Program-made: the position numbers and the translations under genes
Source: Eledone cirrhosa
Lineage: Eukaryota
DNA length: 64,000 bases
Assembly (NCBI GenBank): GCA_964016885.1
Contig: OZ024740.1
Coordinates: forward strand, 414,656,001 to 414,720,000
Direction of reading: 5' to 3'
Part shown: positions 25,501 to 40,440 of the stretch, piece after piece
Numbering within the stretch: position 1 is the stretch's first letter
Layout: each line of letters begins with the position of its first letter
Notes under the pieces: generated by a model
What the model saw: only the letters and a program-made list of their open reading frames with translations
Database searches by the model: none
Told to the model about the DNA's origin: nothing

Positions 25501-28500
25501 CACCACCACCACTAATATCAACCACCAACAACACCGTCACAACCACTGTTACCACCACCACCACCACCACCACCACTAATATCAACCACCAACAACACCG
25601 TCACAACCACTGTTACCACCACCACCACCACCACCACTAATATCAACCACCAACAAAACCGTCACAACCACTGTTACCACCACCACCACCACCACCACTA
25701 ATATCAACCACCACCACCACCACCACCACCACTCATATCAACCACCACCAACAACACCGTCACAACCACTGTTACCACCACCACAACTAATATCAACCAG
25801 CAACAACACCATCACAACCACTGTTACCACCACCACCACCACAACTAATACCAACCACCACCAACAACACCGTCACAACCACTGTTACCACCACCACCAC
25901 CACCACCACTCATATCAACCACCAACAATACCATCACATCCACTGTTATCACCACTACCACCACCACCACCACTCATATCAACCACCAACAACAACACCG
26001 TAACAACCAGTTACCACCACCACCACCACCACCACCACCACCACCACTCATATCAACCACCAACAACAACACCGTCACAACCACTGTTACTACCACCACC
26101 ACCACCACCACTCATATCAACCACCAACAATACCATCACAACCACTGTTATCACCACTACCACCACCACCACCACTCATATCAACCACCAACAACAACAC
26201 CGTCACAACCACTGTTACCACCACCACCACCACCACAACTAATATCAACCACCAACAACACCGTCACAACCACTGTTACCACCACCACCACCACCACCAC
26301 TAATATCAACCACCAACAACACCGTCACAACCACTGTTACCACCACCACCACCACTAATATCAACCACCAACAACACCATCACAACCACTGTTATCACCA
26401 CCACCACCACCACCACTAATATCAACCACCAACAACACCATCACAACCACTGTTACCACCACCACCACCACCACCACTAATATCAACCACCAACAACACC
26501 ATCACAACCACTGTTACCACCACCACCACCACCACCACCACTAATATCAACCACCAACAACAACACCATCACAACCACTGTTACCACCACCACCACCACC
26601 ACTAATATCAACCACCAACAACAACACCGTCACAACCACTGTTACCACCACCACCACCACCACCACTAATATCAACCACCAACAACACCATCACAACCAC
26701 TGTTACCACCACCACCACCACCACCACAACTAATATCAACCACCAACAACACCATCACAACCACTGTTACCACCACCACCACCACCACCACTAATATCAA
26801 CAACCAACAACACCATCACAACCACTGTTACCACCACCACCACCACCACCACAACTAATATCAACCACCAACAACACCGTCACAAACACCACCCCCACCA
26901 CCACCACCACAGCTAATATCAACCACCAACAACACCGTCACAACCACCACCCCCACCACCACAACTAATATCAACCACCAACAACACCGTCACAAACACC
27001 ACCCCCACCACCACCACCACAACTAATATCAACCACCAACAACACCGTCACAACCACCACCCCCACCACCACCACCACAACTAATATCAACCACCAACAA
27101 TACCATCACAACCACTGTTATCACCACTACCACCACCACCACCACTCATATCAACCACCAACAACAACACCGTCACAACCAGTTACCACCACCACCACCA
27201 CCACCACCACTCATATCAACCACCAACAACAACACCGTCACAACCACTGTTACCACCACCACCACCACCACAACTAATATCAACCACCAACAACACCGTC
27301 ACAACCACTGTTACCACCACCACCACCACCACCACTAATATCAACCACCAACAACACCGTCACAACCACTGTTACCACCACCACCACCACCACCACTAAT
27401 ATCAACCACCAACAACACCACCACCACCACCACCACCACTCATATCAACCACCACCAACAACACCGTCACAACCACTGTTACCACCACCACCACCACCAC
27501 CACTAATATCAACCACCAACAACACCGTCACAACCACTGTTACCACCACCACCACCACCACCACTAATATCAACCACCAACAACACCACCACCACCACCA
27601 CCACCACTCATATCAACCACCACCAACAACACCGTCACAACCACTGTTACCACCACCACAACTAATATCAACCAGCAACAACACCATCACAACTACTGTT
27701 ACCACCACCACCACCACCACCACAACTAATACCAACCACCACCAACAACACCGTCACAACCACTGTTACCACCACCACCACCACCACTCATATCAACCAC
27801 CAACAATACCATCACAACCACTGTTATCACGACTACCACCACCACCACCACTCATATCAACCACCAACAACAACACCGTCACAACCAGTTACCACCACCA
27901 CCACCACCACCACCACTCATATCAACCACCAACAACAACACCGTCACAACCACTGTTACCACCACCACCACCACCACCACTAATATCAACCACCAACAAT
28001 ACCATCACAACCACTGTTATCACCACTACCACCACCACCACCACTCATATCAACCACCAACAACAACACCGTCACAACCACTGTTACCACCACCACCACC
28101 ACCACAACTAATATCAACCACCAACAACACCGTCACAACCACTGTTACCACCACCACCACCACCACCACTAATATCAACCACCAACAACACCACCACCAC
28201 CACCACCACCACCACCACCACTCATATCAACCACCACCAACAACACCGTCACAACCACTGTTACCACCACCACCACTAATATCAACCACCAACAACACCG
28301 TCACAACCACTGTTACCACCACCACCACCACCACCACTAATATCAACCACCAACAACACCATCACAACCACTGTTACAACCACCACCACCACCACCACTA
28401 ATATCAACCAACAACACCATCACAACCACTGTTACCACCACCACCACCACAACTAATATCAACCACCAACAACAACACCGTCACAACCACTGTTACCACC

Positions 28501-29460
28501 ACCACCACCACTAATATCAACCACCAACAACACCGTCACAACCACTGTTACCACCACCACCACCACAACTAATATCAACCACCAACAACACCGTCACAAC
28601 CACTGTTACAACCACCACCACCACCACCACTAATATCAACCACCAACAACACCGTCACAACCACTGTTACCACCACCACCACCACTAATATCAACCACCA
28701 ACAACACCGTCACAACCACTGTTACCACCACCACAACTAATATCAACCACCAACAACAACACCGTCACAACCACTGTTACCACCACCACCACCACCACCA
28801 CCACTAATATCAACCACCAACAACACCGTCACAACCACTGTTACCACCACCACCACCACCACCACTAATATCAACCACCAACAACAACACCGTCACAACC
28901 ACTGTTACCACCACCACCACTAATATCAACCACCAACAACAACACCATCACAACCACTGTTACCACCACCACCACTAATATCAACCACCAACAACAACAC
29001 CGTCACAACCACTGTTATCACCACCACCACCACCACCACCACTAATATCAACCACCAACAACAACACCGTCACAACCACTGTTATCACCACCACCACCAC
29101 CACTAATATCAACCACTGTTATCACCACCACCAATAAGACCATCACCAACACCACCAATATCAGCTCCAACAACACCATCACAACCACTGTTACCACCAC
29201 CACCACCACAACTAATATCAACCACCAACAACAACACTGTCACAACTACTGTTACCACCATCACCACCACCAACAAGACCATCACCAACTCCAACAACAC
29301 CGTCACAACCACTGTTACCACCACCACCACCACAACAACAAATACCAACTACAACAACACCATGACCATCATGACAACCACCATTACACTACCACCACTG
29401 CCAACAAAAATATTAATACTGACGCTTCTGCTGTCGCTGCCACCAGCACCACCACCACTA
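19588..29460. repeat. ~9.8-kb (ACC/AAC)-rich minisatellite, unit ~50-70 bp (ctaatatcaaccaccaacaacaccRtcacaaccactgtt(acc)n)
   Basis: Directly visible; the unit length is not a multiple of 3, so there is no long ORF. Confidence 0.98.
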
Positions 29461-29579
29461 CTCCCAACAAAAACAAGAAAAAACATTGAGCATGGCATTG
29501 ATACATTGCAAACTCTTTAAAAAAGCTAGCACACAAGAAGGCTGTTGGTTATATTCCATTTTAGTTTTTGAAAATAATG

Positions 29580-30105
29580 AAGGGGTTGGATGTGTCCTTC
29601 TCAGCTCAGCATCTCTCCACTTGTCGCGTTCCTTTGTCATCTCCTCTGCCAGTCTTCTATTTGAGGTCAGCTCTTACAACCTCAGCCCAGATCTTTCTTG
29701 GTAATCCTCTACTGCAGCTTCCTTCCACTGGGATTTCTTGGTATTTCTTCACCCATTGGTCATTGCTCACATCCATACCAATTCAGTCTTTTCTCCTGCA
29801 CACTACCTTAGATTCCTCTTAAACACAGTTTCTCCCTCAGCTCAACCTTTCTCTCACATTTACATTGCACATCCAATGAAACATGGTTACTTCATTTCTC
29901 TCCAGTCTACACATGTCCTCAGCAGTCACTGCCCATATTTCACTACCATGCAACATTGCACTCTGCACACAGGCATCATACAGCCATCCTTTTATATGTA
30001 AGGAGAACCTTTTGTTGTCAACAGTGGGTATAGCTCTCTAAACTTCTTCCATCCTACCATTATTCTAGCTCTTATACTCTTGGCACACCCTCCTCTGTTG
30101 CTAGA
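29580..30105 (-). pseudogene. Decayed RTE 3' fragment
   Basis: Similar to RTE-A/B C-terminal coding region (ctaccatgcaacattgc, aaacttcttccatcct). Confidence 0.7.
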
Positions 30106-30189
30106 TAAATCTTTCAGCTTGTATGTTCAGCAATCCTTTTCAAAAGACTTGCTGAACATACAAGCCAAAACCGGTTGGCGCCGCAGTTA

Positions 30190-30502
30190 GGATTTTACGG
30201 GGTAGATAAAATAAAGCACCAGTAATGCACTGGGGTTAATTTAAACGACTTTCCCTTCCCCCTTCAAATTGCTGGCCTTGTGCCTAAAGTAGAAACAATT
30301 ATTGGTGAATTGGCAGTATCGGTAGGGGGTTGGACGTCATGCTTTCTAGCATAGTTACGTCCCTTTACAGTCTGAGTTCAAATCCGGCCGAGGTTAACTT
30401 TGCCTTTCATCCTTACGGGGTCGATAAAATAAAGTACCAGTAATGTACTGGGTAATTGCTGACCTTGTGCCAAAAGTAGAAACAATTATTATTATTATTA
30501 TT
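30190..30502 (+). mobile_element. Nin/Deu-domain-like SINE (one partial plus one full copy)
   Basis: ttgcctttcatccttacggggtcgataaaataaagtaccag...agtagaaacaatt; at least 12 copies in the window. Confidence 0.85.
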
Positions 30503-30814
30503 AATATGATTATTATCATTTATTTTCCTAGATTCGTTTGTTTTTGTGTTTTCCTTCCTTTTCTTGGGCTAGATAAATCTTTCAATTTTCAATTTTCTTT
30601 TTACCTCCTAGAAGTTTTATCGTTTAATGTTTCTTTAATTTAATAAGAGAAATACCTCGTTTTATTCTGAATAGCCTAAATAACTAACTTTACTCACCCC
30701 CATCTCGCTCTCTCTCGCTTCATTTCTCTCTTCATTTCTCTATCCCTTTCTCTCTCTCTCTTCGATACCTCCCCCTCTTCTTTCCTCACCTCCTCTCTCT
30801 CACACACTGAGGTA

Positions 30815-31702
30815 TCATCATCATCATCATCTTCGTTTAACGCCCATTTTCCATGCTTGCATGGGTTAGACGGGAGTTGTCCCACTTGAGGGAAGGCTGG
30901 TCGGGTGACTGTGTCTCGCTCATATAGGACTATCTGGCAGGTTTTCTACGGCTGGATGCCCTTCCTAACACCAACCACATTTATAGTGTGGAACTGGGAA
31001 CTTTTTACCGTGTTACCTACATGGCCACATTACAGCGTGGACTGTGAGTTTTTTTGTTGTGACACCTACACGACCTCATTTATTTAGGACTGGATGTTGT
31101 GGTACCAACATAACTTTACATCGAAAGAGGGTGGTGTGGATGGGGTGGGGGTAGTGGGGCAGGGTGTATTTTGGTAAGAGGTACCTACTGACTGTAGGTT
31201 TCACTTTGTACATAGGCAAGGCAGGTCTTCTGTATTACTGCGTAGCGCCAAAGATCTTGGTCCAGAGACATTGTCTTAGAGAGATGTAAGTGTGTGAGGT
31301 TGGAATTTATCAGATCATCCCAGGTTTTTCTGGGTCTACCTACTCCGTAACTACTATCAATTTTGATCGCCCTGCACTTTTTTATGTAGCTGTCTACTTT
31401 CATGCGCATCACGTGACCATACCAATGTAGTCTTCTCTCAAGTAAACAGCATCTGATCCATCTTATTCCTAATTTCTCAGTTCTTTTATGCTTTGCTGTT
31501 CACGTATATTACTATTACACATCCAACGGAGCATGCATGCTTCGTTCCTTTCCAGTCTACGCAGGTCCTCTGCACGTAATACCCATGTCTCATTGCCATG
31601 TAGCATTGCTGTTCGTATACAGGCATCATACAATCTGCCTTTCATTTTTAGAGAGAAACCTTTTGTGGCCAACAGCGGTATAAGCTCTCTGAACTTTTTC
31701 CA
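30815..31702 (-). pseudogene. RTE family B 3' fragment, moderately decayed
   Basis: [23 protein letters not shown]; (cat)n tail; UTR matches 16312-16711. Confidence 0.88.
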
Positions 31703-32373
31703 TCATATATCCAGGTATATCATATATAATGTATATCCTCCATAACTAATGTTTCCATCTTATTTCTTTTCCTGTTTTCATGGCTTAATTGAAACAATAA
31801 GGGCAGTATCTATGACTAACCACACTGCATGGCCTCTAACACTTGGTGGTGTGATTGGTGGAAAGGAAGAAGAAGAAACCATGATTTGTGATGCCTTATA
31901 AGATATTATTGAGTCATCGTTAGACCAGAGGAGACCTGATGCTTGAAACAAACTGGATTCCATTAAAGTTACTCAGGGCCAAGTGATGATCTTTATCCCT
32001 CTCTCTCACACGATACACACACACACACATATGCCTTAGACAACACACACACGCACTTTAGACAACACACACACACACACACTTTAGACAACACACACAT
32101 GCTTTAGACAGTTATGTAAATACCAGTGTACCAATAACAATGTACCGAAATGTATTCATTGTATCAGACCTTGTCTTCAGATGTTAACCCACCACTTCTC
32201 CTTCCCATGTCTTCATCAGTCTTCTGTCAAATATATACCCACCACTGATAGCATACAGCATTTTTCCACCCAGAATTGGTTGTCAATTTGCTTTACACAC
32301 TATCACTGGTATGGACCAGTGCAAGTGTCTCTTATGTGCACATCACCCAATGGTCCTATTTATGTAAATTAAT

Positions 32374-32562
32374 AATTGTTTCTACTTTTGGCACAAGGCC
32401 AACAATTATCCCAGTGCATTACTGGCACTTTATTTTATTGACCCCGTAAGGATGAAAGGCAAAGTTAACCTCGGCAGGATTTGAACTCAGACCGTAAAGG
32501 GACGTAACTCTATGCTGGAAAGCATGGTGTCTGACCCTCTACCGATACTACCAATCCACCGC
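32374..32562 (-). mobile_element. Nin-like SINE with ~12-bp TSD (taaattaataat)
   Basis: Reverse complement of the family consensus; flanking direct repeat. Confidence 0.88.
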
Positions 32563-33278
32563 CATAAATTAATAATACACATTCAACAGACCATGCTTGC
32601 CTCATTTCTACCCTGACTCCAGAGATCTTTCACATTCAATGCTCGTAGTTCAATACCATGCAGCAACACACTTCTAACACATGTTTCATATATTATGTAT
32701 TTTGCACAGAATGAAAGAAACCCTTTGTTCCTAACAGAAGCAATACCTCCATCATACTTTGAAATTGTTTAAGAAAGCAGATATACTGCTTTTTTGTGTC
32801 ATTCTCAATAGTATTAGCCATATTTAGACACACATTGTGAAACCTTAATTTTCATCTACTCCTTATTTTTTCCTTCCCTTTAATAGTTTATTTATAATTA
32901 TTTACCAATCATTGCATGTATATGTATCACTTCTTTCTTTTTTTCTGTCTTTCCTCACAACTGTCACTATACTTTTCTTCTGCTCATTGATTAAATTATT
33001 TAGTCATCTACAAACAAAAATTGCTGAATAGCTGAATTCTATATCTAATGAAAAAGATATAAGGATATACATAGTATATGTATACTTAAACCAGACACAC
33101 ACGTGTGCACACAAACACACACAAACACACAAACATATACATACATAGGAGAAAAGCACATGTATGTAGATACACTCAGAGCATACAGAATGAAGGACAT
33201 TGGAATTTGCAGTATTTCAGATATATTAAACTCATGCCTACATGGAAAATGAACATAAAACTGATTACTATTATTACT

Positions 33279-33378
33279 TTTAACTTTGCCTTTCATCCTT
33301 ACAGGGTCGATAAAATAAAGTACCAGTAATATACTGGGTAATTGCTGGCCTTGTGCCTAAAGTAGAAACAATTATTAC
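33279..33378 (+). mobile_element. Nin-like SINE, 5'-truncated
   Basis: Match to the family 3' half. Confidence 0.8.
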
Positions 33379-33647
33379 TTTTAAGGATACTAATGATATA
33401 AATGATATGTACATATATATGTGTGCGTGTATCTGAGTATACACACTCTCCTATTCACAGCACTATGCCATTTGTGTAATGAGGAATGGCTTTGTAATTA
33501 TCTACATTCAATCCTCACTAATACCATACCTATCATTCCCAGAAAGATGTCTATACATGAGGCACTGCATCAGATGCCCGCCCCAATACCTACAGTATAG
33601 ATACAGCCTACCAATATCTGTTCTGTGTCACTCATTATTTACATCTA

Positions 33648-33836
33648 GGGCAGTAAATTGTCAGTATCGGTAGAGGGTTGGATGCTATGCTTTCTAGCAT
33701 ATTTACGTCCCTTTACGGCTGAGTTCAAATCCCGTTGAGGTTAACTTTGCCTTTCATCCTTACGGGGTCAATAAAATAAAGTACCAGTAATGTACTGGTT
33801 AATTGCTGGCATTGTGCCAAAAGTAGAAACAATTAT
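33648..33836 (+). mobile_element. Nin-like SINE
   Basis: Family match. Confidence 0.85.
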
Positions 33837-35434
33837 TTACATCTATTGCCATGTATACTCCCTTACTACTGGACATCTCTATTACTATTACTTGATTTCT
33901 CTCTCACTAGTAAACATGTAACTGCCACCACTGTCTCTACAATTACTCCCATCCAGCACTGCTTCTCTTCCAATACTTCCTCCAAGACTTTCCTTCATTA
34001 CTCCATTTTTTACTATCCTCTCATCCCAACCACTCTGTTTCCCCCACCATACTCTCCTTCATCTACCCACTCACCAGGATTCTTATCCTGTCATTGCTCT
34101 CTTTTCCCCATTAGAAGTTGGAGTAGGTAATAACATGCTGGTCAGTATAGAAGCTTGGTGAAGATTACAGGTGTAGTTGCAAATGTGGTTTGTCACTGAT
34201 AGATACTACTACTAGACACTGATTCTGGTAGGAAGGACTTTTATAGATATTTGTTTTAACCAGGCAGAATAAACATCTTTTTTATCTATTGATATAATAA
34301 GCTGCAACTTTAACAACAGGCTAGGTTATTACAATATTACAGAGTAGCTTCTACTTTAGGATTCAAATATACTGAGAAAGTGAAATCGATTGAATATTTT
34401 TTGACACTCAAATAGAAGGAATGAGTGTGCTATCTAATTCTTCACATTACCATTTAAAGATGACACCTTGTCAACATACACTAGTGTTTGTTAGGTCCTT
34501 GCCATGGAATGGGGAGTTTATAAAATTCCTGCAGTTGAATTCAGACTTTTAGTGTGATTATTTGTATTGTTATAACAAAAATTTACATTGCTTGTGTTGA
34601 ATAGCTCATCAGCTTGTGTTCTGTCTCAGTAAGCATTACATTTTGTTTTATAAGGATGATTCATATCAGTAGTTTTGACAGTATCTTCTAGATTAAATTA
34701 ATGAGGTTGGAAATCACCAATCTATCATCTCTATGGAGAAAAACCTTTATAGAAATTCAAACAAATGCTTACTCTGAATTAAAAAACATTCTAGCCACCT
34801 ACGTCCAATCACTAAAATATAATACAAGGATGCACCAAGGCAAACTGCTAATATAAAACAATACACATATATGAATAAAATTGAAAAAAGATAAATTATT
34901 TCACTCAATGCATCTTTTACTATAAAAGTGTCATTAGATATGATAAAAGTATCATTAAAAATGATATATTATCATTAACATTGATAAAAAAAAAAGCATT
35001 TCTCTATCAATAAATACTACAAGTTGTTCAACAAAAGCAGCATTAATATAAGTTAAATTTAAATCCAATATATACAACAGTGTATAATGACTATATGAGG
35101 CACTTGTTTCACTGTGATTGTTAACTTGTATTCAACTTAATCATCTGTGCTACCATTATGAAGCATATAGCAATACCACTCAAATTTATAATGTATTTAT
35201 AAAGTAAAATTACAGAAACATTTGTATGTTAGATATAACACTTACAAAGAATATGCTAAGCATAATATCATTATGTTCAAGTAACATTTCCTGTTAATTT
35301 TTCTACCAGTGTGTTTAATTGGGTGTTTCATAACATGTACATTAGTAATAAAGGCAGCAAATGAGCAAAATCATTAAAACATTAGATTAAATGTTTTGCA
35401 GTAATTGTTCCAGCTACCTGCACTCTAAGTTTAA

Positions 35435-35862
35435 CTCTTTAGCATTTAAACCATCTATATCTGGCCAGAATTCTCTCACCTCTTTCTGTACAAACCAACC
35501 ATAACTGGCCACGTATACTGCTGTTATGGTATTGTTCTCAAAATAAATAAAATCAAAATCTCATAGATTCAATATTATGTGAGATAATTATGCAAGATAA
35601 AGCCTTTACCATGAAAATACAACTGTATATATAGAGTATTGTAAATGCTAAAGGGTTAAACCAGCTGTATTTGGCCAGAATTCTCTCACCTCTTTCTGTT
35701 CTAACCAGCCATAACTAGCCACTCATGCGTATATTAAGGTATTGTTCTCAAAATAAATAATATCAAAATCTCATAGATTCAATATTATGAGATAATTATG
35801 TGAGGTAAAGCCTTTACCGTGAAAATACAATAGTAAATATAGAGTAATGTGAATGGTAAAAA
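35435..35862 (+). mobile_element. TTAA-flanked piggyBac-type MITE (35435-35655) followed by a tandem partial second copy
   Basis: ttaa-ctctttagcattta...taaatgctaaaggg-ttaa; homologous to 44427-44733. Confidence 0.8.
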
Positions 35863-36624
35863 GTAAAATCCCTCTGAAGTAAACTCTGTTATTTGTCTCT
35901 TTGAGATCAATAAATAAATACCAGTCCAGAGAAAGTGGATTGGAAGAATCATTAGAGTTCACCTGCAATATTACTGGTGGCAAGCTATATCAGATTTTGC
36001 CTTTACTTTGGTATCATTGGTGGCATAGAGAAGGAAGACTTAAAAAATCCTTACCCAGGCCTGTGCTTTGGAGAGGAATTTCCAGGTATAGATCCTGATC
36101 TCATGAAACCTATAAAGGACCATTTCTCTTGCTTATTAATGAAATGATAACAAAATAAGCTTAAACTGACAATAAGACTGATCAGGGTTAAATGAAAACA
36201 GGAAATGTAGAAAATATTTGTTCTTGTTGAAGTATGTCATCTAAAAAATTGAAATGAAAAAAGGAAAGAAAATAAAAATAAAAAAGGTATCTCCTTATTC
36301 ATAGGTAGGTTAAAACAGTTGACATTTCTCACTTTCAATGACATCATAATTTAATAGGGATAAATGTGTTTACTCGTTAAGGCTTCACTGTAATTAAAGC
36401 AATATGACCATGATGTTCAGTTTTAACACAGTTCTTTGAGATAAAGTTCACTTAATGATAATTAAAATGTGAAATGGCTTGCTTTGCTTTTCTCAATTCT
36501 ATTTGATAGTATTTCAGTAATATTTATTATCTGTTAAAACAAATATATTTATATTCTCAAGGCTACAGTTACAAATTTGCCCCAAAGCAAAATTCTAATT
36601 ATTTATTTCATTTAAGGTGTTTAC

Positions 36625-36876
36625 TGTCACTGGACAGATTTTATGGGCAAAATCAACCAGCAGAGGAGATCCAAGGGTAGACTCTAAGCAAGATGGCTGG
36701 ATAACATCGAGTTTGGCTGGTCTCGCCTGGGTACCCAACCAGATAAAATGGTTGCTTCTGACAGGGCCTGCTGGAAGGCATGCTTGAGGACTCTGCCACC
36801 AAGACTCTCCCAATGACGAGTAGTAGTAGTGGTAGTGGTGGTGGTAGTAGTAGTAGTGGTGGTAGTGGTGGTAGTG
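36625..36876 (+). pseudogene. Decayed RTE-type 3' end with (TAG/TGG)n tail
   Basis: Residual RW.DNI...WSRLG-like coding followed by a simple-repeat tail. Confidence 0.45.
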
Positions 36877-38200
36877 TTTACTTGCAAACTCCAAGAAAAG
36901 AAGGCAGAAAACCAAAGCTATTCCATTCCAAATCCCAAGGATAGGTTTTTCAATACTGGTCCCCATGATATTAAGCAGGTAAGAGATAAACTTGACACAT
37001 AGTATTCCCGTATGAAGAATTTGACTCACTGCTGCAATCCAATAAAATAGTTAATTCCTCAGGGCTGTTGTTTAGCCCCAGGTCAATCAGGATTTACTAT
37101 TCAGACATGACCGTCCCACCATTTTGTTCAATAATAGTGTACCCCATAGTGACTACAAAGAGGCTCTTTTGTGAGCTTATACACAGTTTAAGGAGATCCT
37201 ATGATCAAATATATTAATGTATCTTAGATTACATTATCCAATATGTCCTTTCTTCTTTAAGATAGCAGAATATCACTCAATGATGCTGCTACTGGCACCT
37301 AATTCTGTTGCTTACATAGTGAATAATAGACCCAAAAACCAGGAAAAATAGGCTCACTCACTGATTGTAAAGTGTCTTTACCATGAAACATACATGATAT
37401 CTGTAGCAAACTACAAATGTATGAGTCCTTGGAGGGTTGTCTAGTAATAAACTATCTTGGCAATCCATGTTACTTGAAAGACACTTACTCCTCTTATTTC
37501 TACATTTAAGTACAAAGATTCCGAAGCTCATTTAGTTTATCAAACAGATATGATTACGAAGTTTGCTTTGCAACCACATTGTTCCAAGTTCAACCACACC
37601 TTGCACAACTTTGCAGATCTTATTTTGCAGCCTTAGATAGGCCAGAGTCTTGTGAGTGAAATTTGGTGAGCAGTAATTGTGGAACACAATAGTATGTACA
37701 CACACACAAGACTACCAAATGCTTTAACTTGAACATAAATACAACCAAAATTAACCAAAACCTTCCATGAACCCAAGCAAACATAAACCAAAAACCTACA
37801 ATCCATCCCAAACACCAGATCCTGACCACTCAAAGAAGAGTTAAATTATGTATGCCTTTCTATGTCCCCATCTCCTAGTAAACCAACCTCCGATCCACAA
37901 CAATTACTGGTATAGGGATGTTGGATGTAATCATCCTGCAGCTGTCACATTATGTAGTTTTTATATAACAATAATCTTCTTAAAATATGCATCATGTTGA
38001 GTACTCTGGTTTTTAGAACAAATACACCATCTGCCTGCAAGCCGTATAAGGCGACTGAAAGGATTGGCATCAAGAAGGGTACTGGCTGTAACACATTGTT
38101 TCAAAAGATGTCACTTAACACATGCCACCCTTGAAAAGTAGATCTAAAACAATGATGACGAAAATGAAACACAACTAAAAAGAGCTAATAGAAACCAATA

Positions 38201-38515
38201 ACTCTCAGCTCCCAAATAATAAGGGGGGAGGGATAAGCAGGGTGGAGGGTCAAAAATTAATAATTTTTCTAGTCTGTCTCTTTTGATTTTTTTTAAAAAC
38301 CAGAATTTATTTCATAACATATGGGATTTCTTGTAATGTTCTTTTTTTGTCATGTATAATGTTTTCACAGGAATGCTACCACTTAAAATAAAATTTTGGT
38401 AGAAATCGATTAGCAAACTTTAATAAGCGAGAGGGTTGGAATAAGAGCGGGGATGGGGAAAAATCTGAAAAATTAATAAGTGAAATTGAGGTCGATTATT
38501 CGAGACCCGTGAGTA
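38201..38515. mobile_element. Possible decayed MITE with imperfect terminal inverted repeats
   Basis: actctcag...aataat versus attattcgagacccgtgagta; internal ttaataag/ggataag repeats. Confidence 0.3.
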
Positions 38516-39689
38516 AATGACATGAATTTGGATAATAAAATCATTGGTGGGGGAGGGGGTGGTATACTGAAAGCAGTATTTTGGGGGGGTAGGGAGGGGT
38601 GTTTGTACAGCAGTGTAAAATGGTATTGAGATGAGTTAGCCATTCAATAGAATAAGTACCAAACTGAAATAAGTATTAGAGTCAATATGATTGGCTAAAA
38701 ACCATTGAAGATAATGCTCCAGCATAGCCACAATAACTGAAACCAGTAAAAGCGTATATTTTGTGCATATTGCTAAAATCACAAGTTTATGTGTGTTTCC
38801 TCTTCCTTTTAGCTGTTAATCTTACTTTAAGGACAACAATAACTGGTTCATAATTTAATATAATCTAGAAACAGTTACAGTAGCAAATGAATTTACTCTT
38901 ATGATAGAAAGTTCCAGTTTAAAACAATATCAATTCATATGTATGAAATACATCTCTCTAGATATCTGTTTCATGTTACATTGTTTAAATGCAACATTAA
39001 ATCAATGTTTTATGGGATGCTGTTGTATCTTTACTATTTGATAGATTATGGATAATTTCCTATCCTTTTCCACTGATATGCTATCCAAGTTGCTGAGCTT
39101 ATGCTATATTCCCATTTATGATATCCTCTAGACATTTACCCAGAATGTTATAGGTTTCCTTCTTCTCATATAATATCCCTGTTTCTTTAAGAAATATCTC
39201 CTTAATATAATCATGCTATTATATTGATGTGGCATACAAAAACCACATAATAAATATCATTATTGGTTAAAACAAAAATAGACATTTCAGTATATTTTTC
39301 TTGGTTTGAACACAAGATCTTATTTCATAAAAGTCAGTTTCTTCTTTTTATTTTTGTCAGTAGAGAAAAGGCAGTACCCATGGTGATATTCAGGGCCTAC
39401 AAAACTAGTGAGAGTAAGTTCAAAGCCTAGACAAAGCTCCTGGCCTAAATTCTTGCAATGGAATGAACACCACTAAAAGCTTTCAAGGGCCAATCAGTGG
39501 TCTTAAAAAAGGTAATAGATAATAACAAGGAAGCAAAAAAATAATAATAATAATAAGCTCGAAGTTAATGGTATTTTGAATATATTTAATAACCAAATAA
39601 AATAATTCCTGCAGAGAAATAAAACCAGATTCATAACTAATTGGCTGGAATTAGTTAAAGAACAAACTATGCCACACTCTGCAAACACA

Positions 39690-39724
<35 letters not shown>

Positions 39725-39728
<4 letters not shown>

Positions 39729-40061
39729 CACCACCCCCACCCCATCCACGCCGCCCCTTTCAATGTAAAGTTATGTTGGTGCCACAACATCCAGGCCGAA
39801 ACAAATGAGATCGTGTAGGTGTCACAACAAAAAAACACACAATCCACGCTGTAATGTGGCCGTGTAGGCAACACGGTAAAAACCTCCCAGCCCGACACTG
39901 TAAATGTGGTTGGTGTTAGGAAGGGCATCCAGCTGTAGAAAACCCGCTAGACAGTCCTATGCGAGCAAGACAACCACTCTTGCCTCAAGTGGGAAAACTC
40001 CCGTCCAAACCCATGCAAGCGTGGAACATGGACGTTAAACGATGATGATGATGATGATGAT
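39725..40061 (+). mobile_element. RTE family B 3' UTR-only insertion next to (TA)n
   Basis: Matches 16370-16711; (gat)n tail. Confidence 0.88.
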
Positions 40062-40257
40062 ATATATATAAATCATCAACAGCAGCATTTTATGTCTATT
40101 TTTCCATGCTGGCAGAGGTAGAACTCATATGTACACATGCACACAGATACATATATGTAGATATGTTATTGTTGTTACAGCTCATGTAGGTTTAGCCGGC
40201 CTCCTCCGAGGTTGTATCTCATTGGAGGTTTCTTGGGTGTTTTAATGATAGGGACCC

Positions 40258-40406
40258 CAGTCCTATCATCTCATTTCTACAGCTGAGTAAACTGGAGCAA
40301 CATGAAATAAAGTGTCTTGTTCAAGGAAACAACACATCACTCGGTTCGAGAATTGAACTCCTTGAGATTGAAAGCCCAATGCTCTTCCCACTAAGCCATG
40401 TGCCTT
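40258..40406 (-). mobile_element. tRNA/CORE-like SINE head fragment
   Basis: Reverse complement of 18320-18480. Confidence 0.75.
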
Positions 40407-40440
40407 CACTGTATGTAGATATGCAAAATAAAAAACGAAG

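Noticed and set aside
19588-29460. Possible mucin-like Thr-rich exon or CRISPR-like array
   Set aside because: The unit length is not a multiple of three and TAA recurs in frame; the variable parts are (ACC)n length changes rather than unique spacers; there are no cas genes and the context is eukaryotic
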